Assembly: GCA_002269645.1 (NCBI GenBank)
Contig: NIVC01000753.1
Coordinates: 366,979-430,978, forward strand
DNA: 64,000 nucleotides
Direction: 5' to 3'
Source: Macrostomum lignano
Lineage: Eukaryota
The notes under the pieces were generated by a model. It was not told the origin of the DNA, searched no databases, and saw only the letters and a list, made by a program, of their open reading frames with translations. The translations under genes were made by a program, and so were the position numbers. Within the stretch, counting starts at the first letter, position 1. Every line of letters begins with the position of its first letter. Of the stretch, positions 18,036-30,300 are shown piece after piece.

Positions 18036-18367
18036 TTCAGTCACTGTAACACGCACAGAGCAACCACAAAGCAATATGTACAAAAAAGTAAAAAATCTGA
18101 AATTTGCTATGTAGTAAAGTGCAACTGGAATCAGATGCTGTCGAATAAAAATCTGAGTTTTATTGTTGATAACGATGAGAAAATAGAAAATCATATAATA
18201 ATTTTTATCGAAAAAACGTATTAAATTTTTCTGGATTATCAATTGAATAAAATCGGAATGAAGGCTGGGTAAGAGACACAGTGAATCGCATTGTCGAGGA
18301 TAATCCAATAACAAATTAACTGAATCCGATTGTTGAACCAGAGAAATCCACACGACATCACGCCCGG

Positions 18368-21300
18368 TCAACCTCGTTTTAGCAGAAGTCCGTCCGGGTG
18401 CTGGCTGGCGTACATGAGCAGCTTGTCCATGCTTTCAAATTCAATCTCTGGCCGGCCTTCGATTCTGTAGATCCACTGAAACGCAGAGCATATGCTAATA
18501 AGCTACTGTCAACTCAGTAGTATGATTCCCTACCGAATTCATATTGGCGTATTTGTCTGCCTATCGTTTCCGCCATTCCACGCACACAGCTGGCCTTGTC
18601 GCTTTATTGCTCTCCCATTTTATTGCCCCCATCGATCGCGTCCTGGCTGGGGGGGGGGGTTAAGCTGCCATGTACATATCCGCTGCACTGACCAATGTAC
18701 ATTCTGCCCTTGCACTGATAACAAATTGTGTCACGTGATTCTTTCTCTAGGTAACAATCTATCTGCTAATTTAATTGGCCTTCCTAAGCAGAAAATAGCT
18801 GCCACCTCCTTTATTTGCTACTGAATAGTAAAATAGTTCAAACAGTTTTTTTAAATGCCATGTCGGCGTACTCCAGTGTTACAGTTAGGTCAACGAGTCA
18901 CTCTCTCACCTGGTAGCCGCGAACTCTCGCCTCCTCAACCAGCACCCCAGCCGCCCAGCCGCCCGCTACTGTCAGCTTCATCTGGCTATCCTCGCCATCC
19001 AGCAGAGTCTCCGTGCGGACGCAGGCGCTACCAAGTCGTTTGATGCTCACCACCAGAGAGCCACCACCGCCATTTACGACGCTCTCGGTGCACTCTTCAG
19101 TCACGTGATCAGTCAGGTACTGACTCAGGTTGGTTTGAAACTTTCTGGAGAATTGCAAATTGAAGAGGAAACGTTTACCTGACATTCGCTATTTAAAGTA
19201 CATAGAAGCTCACTATCAGCTCACTCTGATAGCTGACAGGGCATTGTTAGCCGCAATGGCACCTCCTTGCCGCCGGAGTCGGTAGAAATCACACTGAGAC
19301 TATACCGGTGATAATGCATCAGAAATTTCTCAAGTGAGTCAAATTTTTCCGAATCAGATACCCAGAACTTTTGCTGCTGAAATTTTGAAATACCGTTCGA
19401 TTAGGCCATTGCATAAGGAAGTGGAGTAGCTTTGTGATGAATTATGAATTGGGCAGAAGTGAGGTGGCTTGCTAGAATGGGCAGCAGGGAGTGAGGTGGG
19501 TGCTAGAATGGGCAGCAGGGAGTGAGGTGGGTGCTAGAATGGGCAGCAGGGAGTGAGGTGGGTGCTAGAATGGGCAGCAGGGAGTGAGGTGGGTGCTAGA
19601 ATGGGCAGCAGGGAGTGAGGTGGGTGCTAGAATGGGCAGCAGGGAGTGAGGTGGGTGCTAGAATGGGCAGCAGGGAGTGAGGTGGGTGCTAGAATGGGCA
19701 GCAGGGAGTGAGGTGGGTGCTAGAATGGGCAGCAGGGAGTGAGGTGGGTGCTAGAATGGGCAGCAGGGAGTGAGGTGGGTGCTAGAATGGGCAGCAGGGA
19801 GTGAGGTGGGTGCTAGAATGGGCAGCAGGGAGTGAGGTGGGTGCTAGAATGGGCAGCAGGGAGTGAGGTGGGTGCTAGAATGGGCAGCAGGGAGTGAGGT
19901 GGGTGCTAGAATGGGCAGCAGGGAATGAGGTGGGTGCTAGAATGGGGAGGAGGGAGTGAGGTGGGTGCTAGAATAGGCGGTTGGGAGTGGGGTGGCTGCT
20001 AGAATAAGCTTATTAGGTTTAAGTTGAGTAACCCCCAAGCGTCTCACTTGTACCTTGCCATCGGTGTTAATGCGCATTTTCACCGTCATCTGCTTGTCTG
20101 TCGCCGTTGCGTATAATGATAGCTGCTTGGTCTGCTGATCCACAAGCAGAGCAAATGTGCCTTCCTGAGCCCCTGTCAGCAGACTGCAATAATTTGAGCA
20201 GGGGTGATGTGAGTAACTCAGAGCAAGGTATAGCCAATGAATTTGTAGTTCTCACTCACCTTAGACACAGGGGCTTGTCACCGAGGCACCAGATTGACGC
20301 GCTTAGAAAACTCGTTTGCCTGTGTGAGAGAGAAATACGAATCATGTTTAGGGAGATAAGAGCTCGTTTAGATATGGGTATATATATGGATATGGATATT
20401 AATATCCTCACTCACCGGCACAAGTGCAGCGGACGAACCAGCTTAATCACGGTTTCCGGGTGATCTTTGCAGATGGGCAGGTCGTGAATGTGATAATAGT
20501 ACAGCAGCTGGTTGACGCTTGCGTGACTGGCCGAGCCCAGGGAGCCGGCAATCTGAACTCCGTTGGTTGTTGTCTCCTTGATAGTGTACCGGCAGACGGA
20601 ATGCACCGGGTCAGCAGACCTAACTAGCAGAGTCAGCAGACGAAGTTGCCCGCCGCCGCGGCCGCTGGAGCCGCCGTGCACCACGAAGCTTCCGGCGGGA
20701 GCCGCCTCCAACTCGCTAGATGCGGGTAAAATGAATAAATACGGTTGAAGTCCTTACAGGCTAGGCTTAGAAGAATGGAACTTCTGGAGCCTGGCGCATT
20801 TCTATAAATAACCTGGGATTCCCCTCGATAGCTTAGCTCCTATTGGCTGGAAGCATAATGGAGCTCACGAATGTACTTTGCTTTGCTCCGTGCTATAAAT
20901 AACCCAGCAATTTTCCGAAGCTTTACGCTCATTGGCTGAGTCAACCCACCTAACGCTGCAGGGAGTTTCACATCGTCAAAAAAGGAAATCCTCTACAAGC
21001 TTGAAATGTCACAAGCTCGAAAACTCGTAAGATTCAAATCAGTTTTTTTCAAGCCAAAATGAAACAGTTATGGAAATTTTCATGGCTAATCGCTTCCGAG
21101 TTTATGTTTTATTATTGGTTTTCGAGATTATGAATTTAATCAAGAAGGCTTTTCGACGATGTGAAATTTTGAGCTTGTGAAAGCAACCCCTCAAGCCTTA
21201 CTCGCTAGCAAGCCTTTCATTTACAAATGATTAATTGCAGTGATCAAATGTAGCTCGTAGTTAGCATGAATTTTTGTGTCTAAAAATAGTTTTTTGGAAG

Positions 21301-24145
21301 CCTACAGGCCCACGCTCACTTGTGAGTGTACATCAGCCCTGCATGTACTCTGTGTCTTTGGGTTGGGGGTTGGCCCCTCGCTGGTGTGAATCGCACGAGC
21401 CCCAAATAAATGTGACAGCGAACGGAAGCGAACCTGCATAGGTCGTGCTTTAGCGCGAGAGAGTGAGACGCGATAACTTACTCTGTGCCCGATTGAGGCT
21501 CATTGTCTGGTACTTGGTTAAACTAATGAAAGAAGAAAGTGGGACTAATATCCCAATGAACTCGTGAAATTTCTGTCTGAAATCAAAGCACCGCAGACTT
21601 GCCTGACAGCATCCTGCAGCAGCGGTTTGCAGTTGAACGCCTGGTAAAAGTAGCTCACGCTGGCGTCCACAGCGGCGCCAGCAAGCAGCTGGTCCTTGAG
21701 GGAGCCCTCAATGGTAGCGGGGAGCCGCGGTGTGGGCGTCGGGCTCAAGGACGGCTTCCGCTGACGCAGTGCTTCTCCGCCCTCGGTAATTTCGGGTTTG
21801 CCGTTGGTGTCGCCGCTATCGTCGGATCGGCCTCGCGGCGCCGGTATCGGCGGAGTCGGCCGGAGCTGCCGGCTGCTGAGCATCTCAGGCGTCACGAGGC
21901 CCTTCTGTGGCTTCAGTGGCTTTGCTGGAACAGCAGGAGGCGGCGGCGGCGTTGGGAGAGAATGATCGTCTGGCGTCTCGTAGGTCTGCTCTTTATCGTC
22001 CCCATCGATAGCCCGGTTCGACGAGTTGTCCTTTTCGACATTGGCCAGCGAATCGTCCAGCGTCGTGTAGATCATCTCTTCGTCGTCCTGATCGGCTCCC
22101 GCCGTTTGCTGCTGGGACGTCGACTGGGCTGGGCCACCGCCGCCGCCTTCGTTTCGTTCCTGGCTGAACGTCCGAACCCGTTGGAATTTGTTTATTAGCG
22201 AATTGAGCATGCTCGACTTCGGTTTCTCCGTCTTGCTAGGCAGCTGGAGCTCTTCGAAAGCGACGGCGGAAGTGGCGGCTGAACGAGCCGTGAGCAGTTG
22301 CTGAGCGGCGATGAGCAGATTGCGAGTTTCGGCCAGCGCTGCAGCTCTATCATTCCGCGCTTTGGTCAGCTGGTCCGGGATGTGCGCCTGCCAATTGCTG
22401 TGCCTCGACCAGCCCAGATGATGCTGCAACTCCTGGCCTCCGCTGCCGCTGCTGTTGCTGCCGCCGGAGGTGTCTTGGACTGCGGATCTTAGCGTGGCCG
22501 ACTTCTTGAAGCCTTCCGGCCAGCTGGGCGGTCCAATGGACGCGTCCGGTAGGTATCTGGGGTTTGTTGAAAGCCTTTTAGGGGTAAAGTACTTCAATTG
22601 CTCTGAAGGGCGACGCCAGCTTTAGTCCCAAATCTCTATCTCTAGCAGTCTCACTCAGCCTCAGGGAGACTTCCACTGAGAGACTTACATGTAAGTTGAA
22701 ATAAGATGCCTGTTTCTCTACTATCCCACTGGGGAAAAGCCCACTGAGTCCGAAACAAATCAACGCTCAATCTGCTCCTTACAATTAAGGCTCTAGCTCG
22801 TATACATGACAACTGGAACTCCTTTGAGCTTAATTGTTGGTATCGATTGGTCCAAATAGTCAGCCAGCATCGCATTGGGTAAACTAAACCAAGTCCTCGC
22901 CATTAAACTCTGCACCGCAGAGCTACTCGACATGCGGTACTCGGTAGGGACCATTGGAAGCTGCAGTGGATTCAAGGGAATGAGCTGGCTAATGCCCCTG
23001 CTAAAGCTGTGACTCTGAATCATCTGGTTCCTCATGGACCTGAACTGGGCTAGCGTTTGGCCTTCAGCCGGGCCCAGCTCCACCACCTCGGGATTAACAC
23101 GTCATTCGATGAGAATATCCCCACGGCTCATCCGGTTCTTCCGGGCTAATGTACCAGACGAGCCTCCATCGTCCCTACTTAATCTATATGCGGGCCCTTC
23201 AGGCGGTCAACTTCCATCTTGCGTCATTGAACCACCCTGCAGCTAAGTCAAGTAAGTTAAGGGTCCTAAACTGGATCCCGGTTCCCACCTGCGCCATTGG
23301 TATCGTTGGTATCATGCTCCAGGCAACCTGGAGGCACTATCCCCAGCACGAAACCGATTTTTTACACCAATCGCAAATCGGCACCGTCGGATTGGCAGAT
23401 GACCCTCTCAGGTCACGACTGCTTCCACTTTCAGTTGTAAGTAGAATGCCACGCGCATCAGTGTGATGAAACTCAGATGACAACCGCTGAAGACTTTTAT
23501 ATCGGGTGCATCAAACACTGACGCTGCCAACCCGAAAACTCAGTTTACCTCATGCTAGATAATTAGATAATTTATAAATTTCGTTGTCAACAAATAATCT
23601 GACAATCCAGAGTTATATGTACTGCTGGACGGTTCCAAGGTTTGCTAAGTCAAGGACTGCAGTTGATTAATTTGCAGAAAGCTCTCTCAAAAAAATTAAA
23701 ACGACCCAGCTCTTACTCAAACTGGCTTAAGATGATGACCTCCTTGCACTGAGTGCTGTCCTCATTGTGGAATAGAAACAATTGCTTGGCACGAAGTACC
23801 GCATAGTAGAGAACGACTGGAATTTTAAGTTAGATAAGCATTTGAGATTATGCAAATTTTAGAGGACCTAAGTATATATAGCAGTATACCTGTCACTCAC
23901 AGTTGTCATCAAATTCCTGATCAGGGCCTGCAGCTGCACCTGTGGATGAGCCGCCAGCAACGCATACCGCTATCTTCTCTCTGCGACAGATGTAGCCGCA
24001 CTTTATCAGCTTGCTGTCGTGTGAGCAATCTGTCAACAGGCTCACTGCAACCATGCACGGGTACAAGTTGCAATATGTACATGTGGATGAAATTTAAAAT
24101 TTGTGATGTTATATAGTTTTATCTCATACAAGCTTTCGAAGGCAT
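18368..24145 (-). CDS. PH domain + Pro/Tyr-rich linker + three SH2-like domains, paralog 2 (~712 aa). Exons 24145-24130, 24044-23901, 23816-23717, 22556-21603, 20715-20416, 20183-20054, 19376-19225, 19144-18910, 18475-18368
   Basis: Intron phases are identical to paralog 1 (1,1,2,2,2,0,2,0) and exon 3 is 100 nt in both. Shared motifs: CGYICR, LYYAVLRAKQLFLF, HHLG..SNWQ, AGSFVV...SVNQLLYYY, EGTFAL...FDSLEKFLMHY, GSLVV...FESMDKLL. Intron 4 needs a GC donor (AG/GCAAGT). The 16-nt first exon is least certain. Confidence 0.78.
18504..18826. mobile_element. Dispersed non-autonomous repeat, copy 2 (related to 16338-16609)
   Basis: Same shared core as copy 1. Confidence 0.7.
19460..19970. repeat. 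31-nt minisatellite (GGGAGTGAGGTGGGTGCTAGAATGGGCAGCA) in an intron of paralog 2
   Basis: Near-perfect tandem copies. Confidence 0.95.
21305..21470 (-). mobile_element. SINE-like element related to 6700-7054
   Basis: Minus strand GGTTCGCTTCC (B-box-like), then GTCACATTTATTTGGGGC...CGTGC...GCCAACCCC...GTACATGC...TGTACACTC, collinear with the 6700-7054 element. Confidence 0.5.
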
Positions 24146-25357
24146 GGAAAAATGAAGCAGCTGGATCTGCTGAACTGGATTTTCTTAGAAATGACCTGGA
24201 GTCGGTAACGAACGTGTATCGTTTCGCCATGTAGTAAGTTTAGTAGTCTCTACTAGAGAATGCATATAGCGTTAAATGGGGTTTCGCCATAGACAAAAAT
24301 TCTGACGAGATATCTTAAGAGAAATCAAACCCCTGAGGGGAATTACTCGTAATAATGGATGGAACTATCTGGTTCCGACTTTTGATCGTTACAGGATCAA
24401 ATTCGTTTTTTTATCAAACGTGGACTGCAGTTTAACATTATTTGTATATTTGAAACTTCATTATAGTACATATCAACCAATTTTTATTTGGTAGTTTAAG
24501 AATTGTGCTTCAGCAAAGGCTGACCACAAGTCCAGCAAAACCGCTGAAAAAGTATACTCAAGCAACATTGAAAAGTCGCCACTCTTTATCCCAGTGATCA
24601 GTGTCCTTCGACCAGCGTCTATCACCGGGCCAACCATTTTGATATTAAAAATGCTTTAAAAAACAATGAAAATCGGGGGAAGCTTCAATCCATCTAATCT
24701 TCGCCCTCAGCTCTTCCAAATCCCTCTTCACCCAGCAGCCCAACTCTGCGTCGCGTGGCGCAAGTTGCGTCACTTCAAACTCAATACCATGGGCTAGAAT
24801 TTACGGCGCACTCTCAAAGGTGGAGACTGCTCAATGTTGTTGAGAATACGTGTACTTCTCTCCGAAATTAAAATCTAAACCTCTTGAATGCAAAACCGGC
24901 TACAGCGGGACCAGGCACAATTCGGACTTCTTCAAGTAATTAGGTTGACAAATTGCTTCCAATTTTCTGAAACTTTACCAGGCACTTAAAGGATGCCCAA
25001 AAGGACAAAACTGCTAAAAATATTTTAGTGGTGAGGCAACCTCCATCTGTCAATCCCCTACAAAGCAGTCTCCAAGAATAATTTCTTTAAAAATTTCAGG
25101 AAAAGGAACACGTTTTTTTAACTAGTAAAATTAGGGAATAAGTAATAAACTATAATTTAATATTTTGGCTGATAAATTAGTTGGTTTTGAAAGGATCCTA
25201 TAATTTTATTCTAAATGGGTTTTAGATGAACTAGTTTTCAATTTTAAATTTCATTTAAATAGGTCTTTATGCTTCTATTAAAGTTTAAGTTGATAAAATC
25301 AATTGTGATGAAAAATCTTTCTATCCTAAAACCCTACATTCCCTATGTCTTGGTGCT

Positions 25358-25642
25358 CATACATGTGCAACAGTCGACCGAGTCGGCCGACCGATTTGGC
25401 GGCCAACCTAGGTAAGTCGCAAGAATGCCCACCCGAATAAATACCAAAGTAGTACTAAGTAGATGACGAGGCATTTTTTGTGAAAAATACAGTCATAGTT
25501 ACTCCTGCCGTTTACCAAGTTGCGTTAATTTTGCCTTAGGTTTTTTTTACATGCAAGTCGCATTTTTGGTCAAAAACTACGTCGCATTTTTGTTAAAACT
25601 AAGTCGCACGGCCGACCGAATTTTGGAGGTTGCGCATGTATG
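25358..25642. mobile_element. MITE with 14-bp TIRs and 8-bp TSD (hAT- or P-type)
   Basis: TIR CATACATGTGCAAC / GTTGCGCATGTATG; identical flanking TTGGTGCT at 25350-25357 and 25643-25650. Confidence 0.88.
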
Positions 25643-27310
25643 TTGGTGCTTGGAATTAAGCTACATCAAGTTGGGTTGTAGGTTAAATTCGAAAACAGCA
25701 CTATCAAAAGCCCCTATAGAGACAAAGTAACAGTTAATTAGAGGTATTCACCAGACAGCTGATCCAGGCCAATAGGCTTGTATTTGGCTTCAATGCAGCC
25801 AGCAGACATGCTCACAATGCCAGAGTTTCCTTCAGCACAGATGCAGAAATGATACACAATAAAACTGTTTGGTCTGTGTTTACACTGCGTGTGCGCTTTA
25901 AACCTCTATTAGCTACCCTTTCTGAGTTAGGCAGCTTAGCAAAAGTATGAAGTGAGTCTTATCAAACTAACCAATTCGCACTTGTACATGGTTTTAATCA
26001 GCAATGTCCACACAGCAACTGTTATCTACCTGTCTGCCTGTTCTGTATCGCATGCATTTTTATATCCTGCTACTAAAACCAACATTTCCGTTATCAACAC
26101 TGAGAAGTGAGCTGATCAAAGAAATGAAAAGAAATTGCACACAGGTCATTGCTAAATTTGTACTCGGTGAGCAATTTTTTGTTTTAATGCAAGTCGAATA
26201 ATTTTCAGTCGGAGGGATAACCGACAGTTCATTGAGTATATTTTGTATTATTTTACTACTACTACTATTGTACTACTATTAGTAAATATGCGCGATTAAT
26301 AACCGGAAAAAAGAAAATATGGATGGATACAAATTAAGATATTAATAAGCAGTACACAAGAAGTTAATTTATTTAATTTTAGATTATTTACCAAAATTTG
26401 CCTCCAACGCCGACAGAGCGCGCGCTTCCACAATCCCGCAGCAGCAGAGGCGCGCGCGCGTGCATGGGACTCCTCATGCTCATCCTCCATTAATCCCTTT
26501 CTCCTCCTCTAATCCTCTCCTCCATCCTCCGGGTCCCGTCTGGATTCAGTTTAAATAACAGGTTAATAAGCAGAATACATAATAAAAGATAGATCGGTGC
26601 AGACAGCCTAATTTACAGTAACTTATTATTTACCAGACGAAAAAAACACTATTCGCTACTTGCAGTAGAGTAAAACAACTAGCTACAGTTATTGTTAATT
26701 TTGCTTAGCAAAAGTAATTTTTAGCACATTAATAATAAAAAACAAGCCAATGACCTGTTTGTCCCAGCAGTCCACTCCACTTCACGCTTGCTTGGGCGCC
26801 AGGTCCTCCACTCCACAGAAATGACCATTTCCGCATCCTCACTTCTCCAATGATCAATATCCGCTTGAGGAAAAAGGGGGAATGGAATTGGCAATTGGCT
26901 GAATTAGACATTGTCAAATCAATATTTGCATTTTACAGTATGTCAGAGTCTATTGAGATGAGGAGAGTGCCAGAGCCCATCAAGTAGTAGATGGTTCCCA
27001 ATTGAAGAAGGGAGTCCACATCAAATACGAGACGTGAGGCACGCACTGGACCCGAAACAGACCCTCTATGCCTATTAGGAACTGCCAAGAAATCCCTTAA
27101 TAAAGTAAAATTTCACACATAAAAACAGGCGGGCAAACTCGATGAATCAACACCAATTTTTCAGTTGATCAGTTAAATCAATCAACTAAACAGTTGAACA
27201 ATCAAACTAATCAATTGATCAATCAACTAATCAATCAACTAATCAATTGATCAATCAACTAATCAATCAACTAATCAATTGATCAATAAACTAATCAGTT
27301 GATCAGCCAA

Positions 27311-30300
27311 TCAATCGCTGTAGGAGCGGCTTCGGCTGCGGCTCCGCTCGCGCATCGGCGAATAGGTCGGCGAGCTGCGCCTTCGAGGCGGAGAGCGGCT
27401 CCGGCTGCGACTGCGACTGTCGCGGCTTCGACTGCGGCTCGGACTGCGCCGGCCCCGGCTGCGGCTGCGGCTGCGCGAGACGGAACGGGCGCCGTCACCT
27501 CGGTCCTCCTTGACGCGAATGTGCGACGTCTCGCCCTAAGGGGAGAGAAAGGGAGGAGGAGACGAATTTAATAAACTAATCATCATCTTAATTTAATATG
27601 AAGTACAGGCGCATTGAATTAAAGGACTGTGAGTACATTTAGTAGATTTTGTGGACGCCAATGCCCTGAAGAGCTGATACACAATAAAACTGTGTATCAA
27701 AGAGAATCAAATAGAATATCAAGAATATCAAAGAGAGAGTGACAAAGAGAAGAGTGACACGGATGCCCTGAAGAGCTGAAGGAGAGAGTGACACGGATGT
27801 CCTTAAGAGCTTAATGAGGGAATGACAAGAGTGCTCTGAAAAGCTGAATGAGGGAATGACAAGAGCGCTCCGAAAAGCTTAATGAGGGAGTGACAAGAGC
27901 GCTCTGAAAAGCTTAATGAGGGAGTGACAAGTGCGCTCTGAAAAGCTGAATGAGGGAGTGACAAGAGCGCTCTGAAAAGCTGAATGAGGGAGTGACAAGA
28001 GCGCTCTGAAAAGCTGAATGAGGGAGTGACAAGAGCGCTCTGAAAAGCTTAATGAGGGAGTGACAAGAGGTCCTGAAAGACTAAACGAAGGTGTGCCCTA
28101 AAGAGCTGAATGAAGCGGTGCCTGAAGAGCAATATAAATGAATATATAAATATATATATAAATACAACAAACACGAAGAAGACATGGCAAGGCAGAGACA
28201 AAGGCAGGAGTTAAGCCAACCTCGTGCGACTTGAACTTGGTACCGTCCAGCTTCCTGATGGCCCGCTTCATATCCTCGTAGCGCATGAATTCAACAAAGC
28301 CGACGCTGCCGCGCACGTCAGCAAAGCCGACTTCGCCGGCCTCGCGCATGTGGTCTTTGAGATCCTGCCAGGAGCCGGACGGCGGTAGGCCGGACACCAC
28401 GACTCGAAATTCGCCCCTTCGTGACGGCCCTCTGCCGCCGCCGCGGCCGCCAAAATCGCGACCATAGCCGCCGCCGCCTCGGCCGCCGGCGCTTCTAGGA
28501 AACTCGACTCGAAGGCTGTAGCCGTCGAAATTGTAAGTGTCCCGGCCGCGCACGGCGTCCTCAGCGTCTCTGGGTGTGTTTATAGAGTATTAGATTAGAT
28601 CTTTTCCAATAAATTCCTACTTGTCTACTGGCAGTAGCGTACTTGGGCTAACTAAAGTTTTTTCTTTGTTTGATAATAAAATACAATTTATCATTAGTAA
28701 TGTTTATTAAAAGAGTTGAAAAGTGTTTTAATTGTCAAATTGAAATGCTAAACAGTAATTTTATGTAAATGTTTCAATGCTTGCAACAAAAGCATCATTA
28801 TAATTTGCATGCTTTCTATAAGAACACAAAGAACAGAGGGTTCCCAAAGTAAACCATAAGTTTCTAATTAGTTAAAGTCAGTTTCTAGAGTTTCCAAAAA
28901 ATGCTTACTTTTTGCAATTTAATTTTAGAATTACCAAGTGTTGAAAAATTGAAAATAATTCTAGGTTTAAGACTAACCATATAAATATGAGCTATCATAT
29001 AAATACATAGCTATCATATACTATATAAATATGTTAAAAATGTAATATATTTTGTTAAATTGAACTATTCTTTATATATTGAAAATTCATTTAATGAAAA
29101 ATAAATGCATTAGCTAGGCTACACCCAAAGGCCATATAAATGAGACTTATTTCTGTCTGATTTCTTAAAGCCATTATAAAGAACTTTTACCTAGACACAA
29201 TGACAAGTCAAAATGCTTATCTTATCTAATCAGTCAATTCAACAGAACTTTGCCATGTGTAATGAATGTATATCATACATTTAAATTAGCCAACTTTGCA
29301 ATGGCCTAAAGCCAACCGGAGGCTGACTACCAAGCTTATTGATATTAGCCTTAACCTATAAAGCTTGCACTGTTAGACATACATGCCCAACCTCAAAATT
29401 TCACCCATCCAGTGCAACTTAGTTTTGTCCAGATTTGTGACTTATCTATGTGCCACCACACTGAAGGACTGGGGGGGGGGTAGCATGCCTTGCGTGCTTG
29501 TGCTTATTGAAGAATGGAAGTACCTCATTTCTTTTCCCTTTCTCCTGCTCTCTCTCTTTCCCAATTGATTTATCATTCAACTTATGCAGCATTGCAGACT
29601 GCAGTACTAAACTGCACTGTAGCCTATACCCTGTAGATTACACTCTACATACTGTACTGTATGTGACAGACTAACTTATATATGTACACTGTGCACTCAT
29701 ATATATATATGTGTACATTCTTTGAGTCATTATATATTTAACTTAAAGATAGACCTGCACCTGACTATATACTGAATCCTACATGTGAATGGGATGAAAA
29801 AGGCCATGAAGACTATTCTATCAACCAGTGCCCCCTTTCTGTAGCTGAAGAGCGAAAGCCATTGCTTTTTTTCAAAATGGAAACTTGGTTGTATAACTTC
29901 TAGAGAAGTTAATGATTGTTCTAGTATGCATTTTTTATTATTTTATGTAGAAGAAAATTTACCAACTATCTTAAGTGCAGCCCAGGGATCAGTTGATGGT
30001 GCAGCTACAGCGCATTCAAGGAAATTAGAAACACCACCATCCCAATGTTCAGCAAGCTCACACAGAGAGAGACTGTTAATGGCAATGCAGAATCCAGAGG
30101 TTGTTGCTTCTAAAAGAGATCTAGCTGTGCAGAATGGAAAAATTGAGATTCATAGTGCAGATGCAACAACCCACACATATTGCTCTTCTCGAGTAATGTC
30201 AGCTGAAAGAAAAGCTGCTTTTGAAATGAATGAAGAAACTAGATATCTTGAGACAGAATTTGTACGATGGCGCAATGCTCATGTTGAATATATTGCTATA

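Noticed and set aside
24540-24800. Short protein-like minus-strand frames (e.g. ELGCWVKRDLEELRAK)
   Set aside because: Too short and unassignable; not needed for the paralog 2 gene model.
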